The position numbers and the translations under genes are program-made. From positions 13,382-77,381 of the forward strand of contig CANKIK010000006.1 in NCBI GenBank assembly GCA_947481985.1: 64,000 nt of DNA, written 5' to 3'. Shown here one piece after another: positions 54,501 through 61,034 of this stretch. The stretch's first letter is position 1, and every line of letters starts with the position of its first letter. The DNA comes from Planctomycetaceae bacterium (GTDB lineage: Bacteria; Planctomycetota; Planctomycetia; Pirellulales; UBA1268). The notes beneath the pieces are model-generated. The model saw only the letters and a list, made by a program, of their open reading frames with translations. It did not search any database and had not been told where the DNA came from.

Positions 54501-57500
54501 AGGCCACCCGGGAGTCCTTTGACACCCACAAGCGTCATCCGCCGGCCGCTTGATTCAATTTCCTGACAGGACGGATCGGCGTGGCGACCGAAACCGAGGG
54601 CCAGCCCGAGGACACTGCCGGCATCCATCGACACGGCACTGTCAAATCCACCCAGAGCAGCGGCAGGATCCGCGAGCCCGGCAGCAAGCACTGCTCGATC
54701 AACCCGGGCCCCCTCGGCAACTCCCGACAGATATTTTTCCACCACATCAGGGAGACCGCTCCAAGGCGTCGCGCTGTGGCGCTCGGCCGCAGAGGCGACC
54801 ATTTCACGGGCCCAGAGTCGAATGGCTGTGGCATGCCGGGCACCGTCGGCACGGCCGCGTTCGAAGTCGGCGCTTCCTACGGACGGCGGCAGGTCACCAA
54901 CGCTCGTTCGACCGACCCCGTTCCCCGGGGCAAGGACGCCAGCACTTCCGCCACCGATCCGCGGCAGCATGTAGTCGCGGAGATGGCGGAGGGTGCGGAA
55001 GTCATCGAGCGACAGTTGTGAGTCGGCGGAGAGGCCATATTTCTGACCGATCTCCCCAAACAACTGCGCCTTGCGGATGCTGTCGATGCCCAAATCGCCT
55101 TCCAGATCCGCATCGAGTTCCACGATCTCCCGGGGATACCCCGTCTGATCGACGACAAACTCGACCAAGAACGTCTCCAATTCACCGCTGACGTCGGCGA
55201 CCGTCTCGAGTGCTGCAGCAACCGCTGGGGCAAAACGGGCAGCACCGTTGGTGGAGGCAGCCGAGACCGGAGCCTGAGTCGCCAGACTCTTGGAGGCATT
55301 CGGGGCCGCAGCACTTCCGCCACCGATCCGCGGCAGCATGTAGTCGCGGAGATGGCGGAGGGTGCGGAAGTCATCGAGCGATAGTTGCGAGTCGGCAGAG
55401 AGGCCATATTTCTGACCGATCTCCCCAAACAACTGCGCCTTGCGGATGCTGTCGATCCCCAAATCGCCTTCCAGATCCGCATCGAGTTCCACGATCTCCC
55501 GGGGATACCCCGTCTGATCGACGACAAACTCGACCAGAAACGTCTCCAGTTCACCGCTGACGTCGGCTGCCAAAGTCTCCACGGCGGAGGCTTGGTCAGT
55601 CAGGAGTGACTCAACGACCGCGCTGCTATGGCGATTGGAGCTGTGACCGTTGGAGCTATAGCCGTTGGAGCTATAGCCGTTGGAACTGTGGCCGTTGGAG
55701 CTATAGCCATTGGAACTATGGCCGTTGGAACTATGGCCGTTGGAAACCAAGACAAGCGACGGCGTCCGGAGCCCCGGCTGCCGACCGCCACCGATCCGCG
55801 GCAGCATGTAGTCGCGAAGATGGCGGAGGGTGCGGAAGTCATCGAGCGACAGTTGTGAGTCGGCGGAGAGGCCATATTTCTGGCCGATCTCCCCAAACAA
55901 CTGCGCCTTGCGGATGCTGTCGATCCCCAAATCGCCTTCCAAATCCGCATCGAGTTCCACGATCTCCCGCGGATACCCCGTCTGATCGACGACGAACTCG
56001 ACCAGACAGTTTTCCAAGTCCGTGGCCACCACCGCAGAGTTTGTCGCTGTCTGTGCGCTCGGCAGGGCCACAGCCGGCCTGCGGTCGAGCCACCGCGCCT
56101 TGCCCCCGCTCGCGGCGAGGATCTCACAGACCTCGTCGATCGTGGCCGCGGTGCCGAGGGCCGTCAGATCGGCGTGGCCACATTCGAAGAGTTGCCCAGC
56201 GGCGTCGAGAAACGCATGGCCCTTGTCCGCCGAGGAGTGCAGAGGGATCGTGACCCCATAATCACCGAGCAAACCGGCGACGACATCCTCGAGGTATCCC
56301 TGCAACTGTCGCGGCGGCAAGGCCTGGGCTGACCGCATCACCGCCGGCACGGCGGCCAAGCGATGAACGGCACCGGCGTGGGGACGGGCACCGTGTGTGA
56401 CCACTGGCTGAGCGGAAGCAAGAGGAGCCCTCGGCGGAGGGGCGGCAGCAGCCGTATGAACTGGAGCGTTCCCGGCACGGTTTCGAGCGCGGCGACGGGC
56501 GGTGGCGTCAAACGACCACATCGCTCCCGACGGCACTCCGCCAAGGCCCTCTCCCGAACTCAGAAGCAGACGCTTCGGCTCGATACCCGGAGCCTGCGGT
56601 GCCGAAGCCAGGCTTCGCAACGCACCGGCAGACTGCAACTGCTCCCGCACTTTCTCCAGGTGTCCGACTGCGTTCCGGCCGCGCTGATCGAAGGAGATAA
56701 AGGTCGCTCCTTCGCGTCCCTCGAGGATCCTCCTGGTCAAGCCAGTCAGCACTCCCGACGGCCCCACTTCGACAAACGTCCGCACGCCTGATTCCCACAA
56801 CCGTTCCACCACGTCCACCCAACGAACAGTCTGCGTCATCTGCCGGATGAGACTCTCGCGTACATCGTCGGCAGAGAGCATCGGCGCAGCGGTGCTGCTG
56901 CTGTACACAGTTTTCCGCGGCGCCACGATCGGCAGTCCTCGGATCGTCTCGGCGAGACGGTCGGCGGCTGCCGCCAGCAACGGCGTGTGGAACGGGCTGG
57001 GAACTGCCAGCCGCTTCGAACGCACCCGTCGCCCCTCAAGGACCACCTCCACGGCATCAACCACCCTGGCGTGACCGCCGATCACCGACTGCTCCGGGGC
57101 ATTCTCGGCACAGAGCCACACCTGCCCGGCAAACGGCTCGATACAATGCTCGACTTCCTGGCGATCGGCGATCACTGACAGCATGGCCCCCTGCTTCGGC
57201 CCCAGTTGTTCGACAGCTGCGGCCCGGGCTTTGGTGGCGAGCGCTCCTTCTTCGAATGTCCACGCGCCGGCGGCGACCAGTGAGGGAAATTCCCCGAAAC
57301 TGTGGCTGGCGATCACATCCGGCGCGAAGCCCATCCCTTCGAGCACCCGCCAGGCGAGGAGGTCGCCAAGGTACATGCCCCACTGCGTGTCCCAGACTGC
57401 CGTTCCGAGTCGATTGCCCGGCTGCCAAGCGATTTCGGCGAGCGTCTGCCAACCCCCGGAGCGGGCGGCTGCATCGAGCCCTTGGGCGCACTGCCCCACC

Positions 57501-60472
57501 AAGGATGCATCGGCCACCAGGCTGCGGAACATATCGGTGTACTGGGACCCCTGCCCCGGAAAGAGCGCCGCGACGAGCCCTCGGGAAGCTCCGCCGAAAG
57601 GATTCGCTGCCGGGAGTTCCAAGGCCGCGGGCGTGGCCGACGCGCTCCCCACAGGCTGCCACAGCGGCAGAGGCCGGCCGTTGTCCATCACCAGGTGGCC
57701 CACCAGCGTGTCGTTGACACTCGTCACGCTGCCGGCCCGATAGCCGTTCTCATCGAAGGCCGCGACGGCGAGCGGTGCCGCTGCCGCCGCCGGGACACCG
57801 GCTTGCTGCGTCCGCACCGCCACCGTCCCGGGCATCACACCGCTGTCGAGAACCCGCGTGAGTTTGACAACCGCGGCTGCCCCAGCCGCAGCACCGAGGT
57901 GGCCGACAACTCCTTCGATCGCTCCCGCCACCGGAGTCCCACCATACTCGGCGGCGATGGCCGCTAACTCCGCTTGATTTCCCTCGAGCGTGCCGCAGCC
58001 GCAGACTTCGACAGCCCCAACGGCACAAGCCGAGATCCCCGACTGGAGCCGTGCCTCGTGGACCACCCGAGAGGCCACGGTGGCGATCGATTCGCCCGAG
58101 CCCACCGCAACGCCGCGAATCACGCCATGAATCCTCTGCCCCGCAGCCCGGGCATCGGAGAGTCGCTTGAGCACCATCACCACGGCACCCTCTCCGGGCA
58201 CGCGACCGGCGCTGGCACGGTCGAACGGCGAACTCGTCCCGTCGGCAATCGAGCCCTCGAGAGAGAAGCCCTCAAAGGCCATCAGGTCGAGGTAGCGTTG
58301 GCCGGCAGCACACAGCACCGTATCGCAATCCCCCTGGCGGAGCAGGTCCGCGGCGGCGGAGATCGCTGAGAGACCGGAACAATCGCCGGCATCGAGTGCC
58401 AGGGCGCCTCCCATCAGATCGAACGATTTCGTCAACCGGCTGGCGAGCGTCGAACTGGTGAAGCTCCCCGTCTCGTCGACGAGGGCCGGCATCCGCTCGA
58501 GGAGTTTCTTTCCGTACGCCTCCACGATGCGCTCGATATCCCCCGCAGCGACACCCCGTCGGCCGAGCGCTGTCCGCAGGTGACCGGACGTCTCAGGCAG
58601 CCGCAAGCCCATCTGCAGATCATTGGAAAACTCTCCGCCGAACATCGTTCCGACAACGACTCCAGTGCGGATCCGGTCAAGTGCTGCCACACCGCCAACC
58701 TCAGCAATCGCTGCATCGGCAGCCTCAAGCAGCATGAACTGGAGTGGATTAGCAGCGGCGATCTGCTTGGGGGGAACTTTGTGACGCCGCCAATCGTAGG
58801 CAAAGCCGCGAACGAAACCGCCGACACCTGCCACCGTGTGCCAGGTGCGCGGCCCGGAGGGATCGAGGGCCCGGGAAAGATCCCAGCGATCGGCTGGCAC
58901 CGCAGCCACCACCGATTCTCCACGCTCGAGCAGTTCCAGGAACGCATTCGTCGACAGGGCCCCGGGCATCACGCTGCCAATGCCGACGATGGCAATCGCT
59001 CTGTTGTCGGCATCATCTACAGCCCTGGCAGCCTGGGGTGCCACGGGCACGGAGGGGGCCAGGGGCGCCGCCGGCAGATGCTCTGAGAGGGCGAGGTGGA
59101 CGTTGAGGCCGCCGATTCCGAAGGCATTCACGGCCGCCCGGCGGGCCTCGCCATCGGCGCGCTTGGGCCAGGAGAGCGCTGTCTGGGGAACCGAGAACGG
59201 CCCCCTTTCCCAATCGAAATCCTCGTTGAATTCAGTGGCCGTTGTCCCCGGTGGAATGAGGCCGTGTTCCATGGCCAACACCACCTTCACGAGACTCGCC
59301 ATGCCGGCAGTTTCGAGGGTGTGACCGATGTTGGCCTTCACACTGCCGATGGGGATTTTCTTCCCGGCCGGTAGATTGGCAGCCATCAGCGCCGACAAGG
59401 CGCCAAGTTCCGTAGCGTCGCCGACCTGCGTGCTGGTGGCGTGGGCCTCGATGTAATCGAGACGGGCGATCTCCCGCTTGTCGGGATAGGCGCGTTCCAC
59501 GGCCAATGTCTGTCCCTCCTGACGGGGCGCCCAGAGGCTCTTCCCCTTGCCGTCGCTGGCCACTCCGATACCGCGGATCACGGCACGGATCCGATCGCCG
59601 TCGGCGATCGCGCGGGAGAGCGTCTTGATGACCAGCGCCACATAGCCCTCGGCGGTCACCAGACCATCGGCCCCGCGGCCGAACGGACACGATCCGCGGT
59701 TGCTCACCGATTGGGCGGCCGAGAAGAGAACCAGGCTATCCGACTTGCAGTACGAGGCACCGCCGACGATCGCTTGGTCAATACCGTCCTGCTGGAGGGC
59801 ACGGGCGGCGATGGCCATCGCCTGCAGCGACGACGCACAGGCGGCATCGACGACAAGGTAAGGACCGTTAAGCCGCAGCGCCTCGCGAACGATCTTGGCG
59901 GCCCCGAGCGCCCCCAGATCGAGCTTCTCTCCCGGTTTTCTCCCCGGGTGCCGGTGGCGGACGGCTGCTGTTACCTCATCGGCCACCACCGAGGCCTCGG
60001 CGCCGAGGAGTTGCCGTGCCACATCAACGTCGCACAGGAGCGAAGCGCTGCCGTCGATGCCGGTGGAGTAGACGTAGTCGCCAATCCGGGTGCTGCCGCC
60101 GGTGTGCCCCACGTAGACTCCCGTGCGGCGGCCGGAGGGCATCGCGAAAGGATCGAGGCCGGCGTCGCTGCAGGCCAGTGAAGCCACTTCCAGAAAGAGA
60201 TGATGCGCCACGTCATAGCGCTGGATCATGTCGGGCGTGATCGGGCAGACCGCCGGATCAGCTGGTCGTTCACTCACCAAGGCGCCGAGGTCTGAGTAAC
60301 TCTTGCCGACCTTCCCCTTCTCGGGGTCAAAATACAGCCCACGCGGCAATCGGGACTCGGGCAATCGGCCCCAGGCAGTGCGGCCATGCACGACCAAATC
60401 CCAGAAGGCCTCAAGGCCATCCGCCCCAGGCAGCCTGCAAGCCATCCCCACTATCGCCAATGAATCGTGCAA
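51536..60472 (-). CDS. 2978-aa iterative type I polyketide / secondary-lipid synthase: KS, degenerate KS (CLF-like), AT, ACP x3, unknown ~290-aa insert, KR, PS-type DH; no TE, ER or FabA-type DH
   Basis: Domain motifs are listed in the sub-features below. The ORF opens with TTG at 60472 (TTG-CAC-GAT-TCA = M/L-H-D-S), only 5 codons before the KS IVGMACRLPG box. The next in-frame Met would truncate the KS. Confidence 0.95.
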   Translation of the reverse strand: MHDSLAIVGMACRLPGADGLEAFWDLVVHGRTAWGRLPESRLPRGLYFDPEKGKVGKSYSDLGALVSERPADPAVCPITPDMIQRYDVAHHLFLEVASLACSDAGLDPFAMPSGRRTGVYVGHTGGSTRIGDYVYSTGIDGSASLLCDVDVARQLLGAEASVVADEVTAAVRHRHPGRKPGEKLDLGALGAAKIVREALRLNGPYLVVDAACASSLQAMAIAARALQQDGIDQAIVGGASYCKSDSLVLFSAAQSVSNRGSCPFGRGADGLVTAEGYVALVIKTLSRAIADGDRIRAVIRGIGVASDGKGKSLWAPRQEGQTLAVERAYPDKREIARLDYIEAHATSTQVGDATELGALSALMAANLPAGKKIPIGSVKANIGHTLETAGMASLVKVVLAMEHGLIPPGTTATEFNEDFDWERGPFSVPQTALSWPKRADGEARRAAVNAFGIGGLNVHLALSEHLPAAPLAPSVPVAPQAARAVDDADNRAIAIVGIGSVMPGALSTNAFLELLERGESVVAAVPADRWDLSRALDPSGPRTWHTVAGVGGFVRGFAYDWRRHKVPPKQIAAANPLQFMLLEAADAAIAEVGGVAALDRIRTGVVVGTMFGGEFSNDLQMGLRLPETSGHLRTALGRRGVAAGDIERIVEAYGKKLLERMPALVDETGSFTSSTLASRLTKSFDLMGGALALDAGDCSGLSAISAAADLLRQGDCDTVLCAAGQRYLDLMAFEGFSLEGSIADGTSSPFDRASAGRVPGEGAVVMVLKRLSDARAAGQRIHGVIRGVAVGSGESIATVASRVVHEARLQSGISACAVGAVEVCGCGTLEGNQAELAAIAAEYGGTPVAGAIEGVVGHLGAAAGAAAVVKLTRVLDSGVMPGTVAVRTQQAGVPAAAAAPLAVAAFDENGYRAGSVTSVNDTLVGHLVMDNGRPLPLWQPVGSASATPAALELPAANPFGGASRGLVAALFPGQGSQYTDMFRSLVADASLVGQCAQGLDAAARSGGWQTLAEIAWQPGNRLGTAVWDTQWGMYLGDLLAWRVLEGMGFAPDVIASHSFGEFPSLVAAGAWTFEEGALATKARAAAVEQLGPKQGAMLSVIADRQEVEHCIEPFAGQVWLCAENAPEQSVIGGHARVVDAVEVVLEGRRVRSKRLAVPSPFHTPLLAAAADRLAETIRGLPIVAPRKTVYSSSTAAPMLSADDVRESLIRQMTQTVRWVDVVERLWESGVRTFVEVGPSGVLTGLTRRILEGREGATFISFDQRGRNAVGHLEKVREQLQSAGALRSLASAPQAPGIEPKRLLLSSGEGLGGVPSGAMWSFDATARRRARNRAGNAPVHTAAAAPPPRAPLASAQPVVTHGARPHAGAVHRLAAVPAVMRSAQALPPRQLQGYLEDVVAGLLGDYGVTIPLHSSADKGHAFLDAAGQLFECGHADLTALGTAATIDEVCEILAASGGKARWLDRRPAVALPSAQTATNSAVVATDLENCLVEFVVDQTGYPREIVELDADLEGDLGIDSIRKAQLFGEIGQKYGLSADSQLSLDDFRTLRHLRDYMLPRIGGGRQPGLRTPSLVLVSNGHSSNGHSSNGYSSNGHSSNGYSSNGYSSNGHSSNRHSSAVVESLLTDQASAVETLAADVSGELETFLVEFVVDQTGYPREIVELDADLEGDLGIDSIRKAQLFGEIGQKYGLSADSQLSLDDFRTLRHLRDYMLPRIGGGSAAAPNASKSLATQAPVSAASTNGAARFAPAVAAALETVADVSGELETFLVEFVVDQTGYPREIVELDADLEGDLGIDSIRKAQLFGEIGQKYGLSADSQLSLDDFRTLRHLRDYMLPRIGGGSAGVLAPGNGVGRTSVGDLPPSVGSADFERGRADGARHATAIRLWAREMVASAAERHSATPWSGLPDVVEKYLSGVAEGARVDRAVLAAGLADPAAALGGFDSAVSMDAGSVLGLALGFGRHADPSCQEIESSGRRMTLVGVKGLPGGLAGWNDAGLVVIAACQSMTSGFPLTSAVEMALNCSSVADAATVLAGVAPLAGRLFIADTRQGNLQEIGGDGRVKSVGLCAHQLAPLTALLRVAGDGAGGVALGRLLDPVAGVGVRDGLSATATWMVCGSTVAGRQAFAGGPRGPWLSAATLDSATCLWADVPRRQTAPAAPQEVNGVTGRYGLGLQSLGSAVLDRDLKGERVLIIAATNTSADLAVDLAAALRARGAQAIVARCGSQAEAVSAVDAAEAQGPVLHVVIATPWHPARTWVESRSRTLVAGYFACQRWLACRTRAGDSQRATLTAVTALGGDFGLGGHIGCVTGGAFSGLFKNLAREYPLVQVRVVDFPPSALAADVARRTLDEIASRGGPVEVGWVNGVRQTVVATLGGPLSQRPLAGLARGSVWLVTGGARGVTAACARELGRRHGLSLVLVGSTRPQSVDATWLTLDEAGLRNLKGKIMLDAKAAGGDPRRAWRDVEKSIEIASGLEKFRAAGVNARYEACDLADGTAVRTLVERLAREIGPIRGIVHGAGYEAACRFEKKTLDGLEATLGPKCIGLEHLLATVDAVALESVVAFGSTSGRLGGMGQADYSLANDMLAKIVGRLRQDRPGVRATVFHWHAWDEVGMASRPESRFVLEQFGMKFMPLSEGVARFLAEIEAGLPDAEVLVTEPVFVLDAVSAPVFSAGSAIPAAGWPQGNRGSLVGTVARAENSTNVTMSLDPLLDVFLREHRQNGHPLLPAVMGAEMLAQAAIASGACDRVEEMREFVVERPVVFPTDQSREMRVEVTGVATDPGAAVSAQGWSAVRSGHRDADGERVHFSGRVSRGPAEPITTPLDDMLFPFNPMIYRDDGPMWHGPAFRTLTGLFLDRRGGWGRLVAPEMAAVAQPRGAAGWTVPAALLDGAIVGCAVYSYILCGKRVEVPLRFERLRFVAQAAAGEKCTVQMVFRSQDDRESVYDFVIYGADGRALVALDGLHLAVMPSERSRPL
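51548..52375 (-). other. PKS domain: polyketide-synthase-type double-hotdog dehydratase
   Basis: HxxxGxxxxP present as HRQNGHPLLP (His2721), followed by AVMGAEMLAQAA. Second-half LLDGAIVGCAVY (Asp2892). Confidence 0.8.
52598..53920 (-). other. PKS domain: ketoreductase (structural pseudo-Rossmann subdomain plus catalytic subdomain)
   Basis: RVLIIAATNTSADLA...VLHVVIAT (structural half); VWLVTGGARGVTAACARELG; GIVHGAG; FGSTSGRLGGMGQADYSLAN (Tyr2581). Confidence 0.85.
54023..54880 (-). other. PKS insert of unknown function between ACP3 and KR (aa ~1865-2150); tentatively C45/Ntn-hydrolase (acyl-CoA:6-APA acyltransferase)-like
   Basis: ADFERGRADGARHATAIRLW at the start, LAGWNDAGLVVIAA, and GFPLTSAVEMALNCSSVADAATVLAGVAPLAGRLFIADTRQGN resemble C45-family blocks as remembered. 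No Gly-Cys self-cleavage site was identified. Assignment by eye only. Confidence 0.35.
54944..56020 (-). repeat. three tandem ACP domains encoded by near-identical DNA (copies at about 55784-56005, 55313-55567 and 54944-55198)
   Basis: Each copy encodes LVEFVVDQTGYPREIVELDADLEGDLGIDSIRKAQLFGEIGQKYGLSADSQLSLDDFRTLRHLRDYMLPRIGGG (phosphopantetheine Ser at aa 1519, 1675, 1798). ACP2 and ACP3 are identical at the protein level over 85 aa, with a 369-nt period and a few synonymous differences. Confidence 0.9.
55622..55744 (-). repeat. ~8 x 15-bp in-frame tandem repeat encoding an (S-S-N-G-H/Y)n linker between ACP1 and ACP2
   Basis: Plus strand gccgttggagctata / gccgttggaactgtg / gccattggaactatg and similar units. 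Protein: SNGHSSNGHSSNGYSSNGHSSNGYSSNGYSSNGHSSNRHSS (aa 1577-1617). Confidence 0.9.
56693..57580 (-). other. PKS domain: acyltransferase (malonyl-type by eye)
   Basis: FPGQGSQY. Nucleophile elbow reads ASHSFGEF (SHSxG instead of GHSxG). VPSPFHTPLL (xAFH-like). Confidence 0.85.
57818..59005 (-). other. PKS domain: second KS-like domain with a degenerate active site (chain-length-factor-like)
   Basis: IAIVGIGSVMPGA. DAGDCSGL aligns to DAACASSL, placing Asp at the nucleophile position with Cys shifted by one. VEVCGCGTLEGNQAE replaces the EAHGTGT box (His to Cys). The second His is retained in VVGHLGAAAGA. Confidence 0.7.
59084..60466 (-). other. PKS domain: ketosynthase (KS1), catalytically complete
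   Basis: IVGMACRLPG; active-site Cys in VVDAACASSL (aa 212); EAHATSTQVGDATE (His344); NIGHTLETAG (His384); FGIGGLNVH. Confidence 0.9.
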
Positions 60473-61034
60473 AGCTCAGTCCTCGTCCTGGAGTGGAGCG
60501 CCATCAAGGCCGGGAATACCGTGGTGTGCGGTGTTCCCGCCTCTGGCGGTTGAAGCGGATGAACAGGTCAGAAGGGTGTTGATCGGGAATCCGTACGCGA
60601 AGCGAGATTGTCGAAGGCCAAAACAACCCGTCCGTGGGATCAACACAATGCCCAGCCCCCTCTGATGGGGCCCCGAGGCACTGCTCCGCATGCGAAGGAT
60701 CGGGCCCTGGGGGGCCCGGAAACCTCCCCGCGGAAGCGCATCCGTTCACCGTCTCATTCATCCCGCCGTGGACCTCTGGCAGCCACCCAAACCGCATCGC
60801 GCGGGGCGGAGTGTGCGTGGTATGCCGAATCCAGGACGGGGCAAGTCAGTATGGACAGGGGGTTTAGACTGTCAAGAAATGGCCTCAATCGGCAGTTGAA
60901 CCGCCTTCGGAGAGCCTCGCGAGACATCCTGGCGGCGGTGCCACCGGCCGCTGCGTATACTCCCTCCGCCCCCGCTTATTAGACGGGTGCCGACCCTTCG
61001 CCATTGGTTTCAGGCGTTGCCTCCCCCGCTCCCT
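60473..61034. promoter_or_regulatory. divergent intergenic control region between the PKS operon (minus) and the condensation-enzyme/TR operon (plus)
   Basis: 562 bp with no convincing ORF between two divergent biosynthetic operons. It contains a TATACT hexamer at about 60955 and a GGGCCC...GGGCCC palindromic element at about 60700-60718. No promoter could be defined rigorously. Confidence 0.4.

Noticed and set aside
54944-56020. Regularly spaced ~250-bp direct repeats that could superficially resemble a repeat array or CRISPR-like structure
   Set aside because: The repeats are in frame inside the PKS ORF and encode ACP domains with the DSI phosphopantetheine site. Unit length and spacing do not fit CRISPR arrays, and no cas genes are present.
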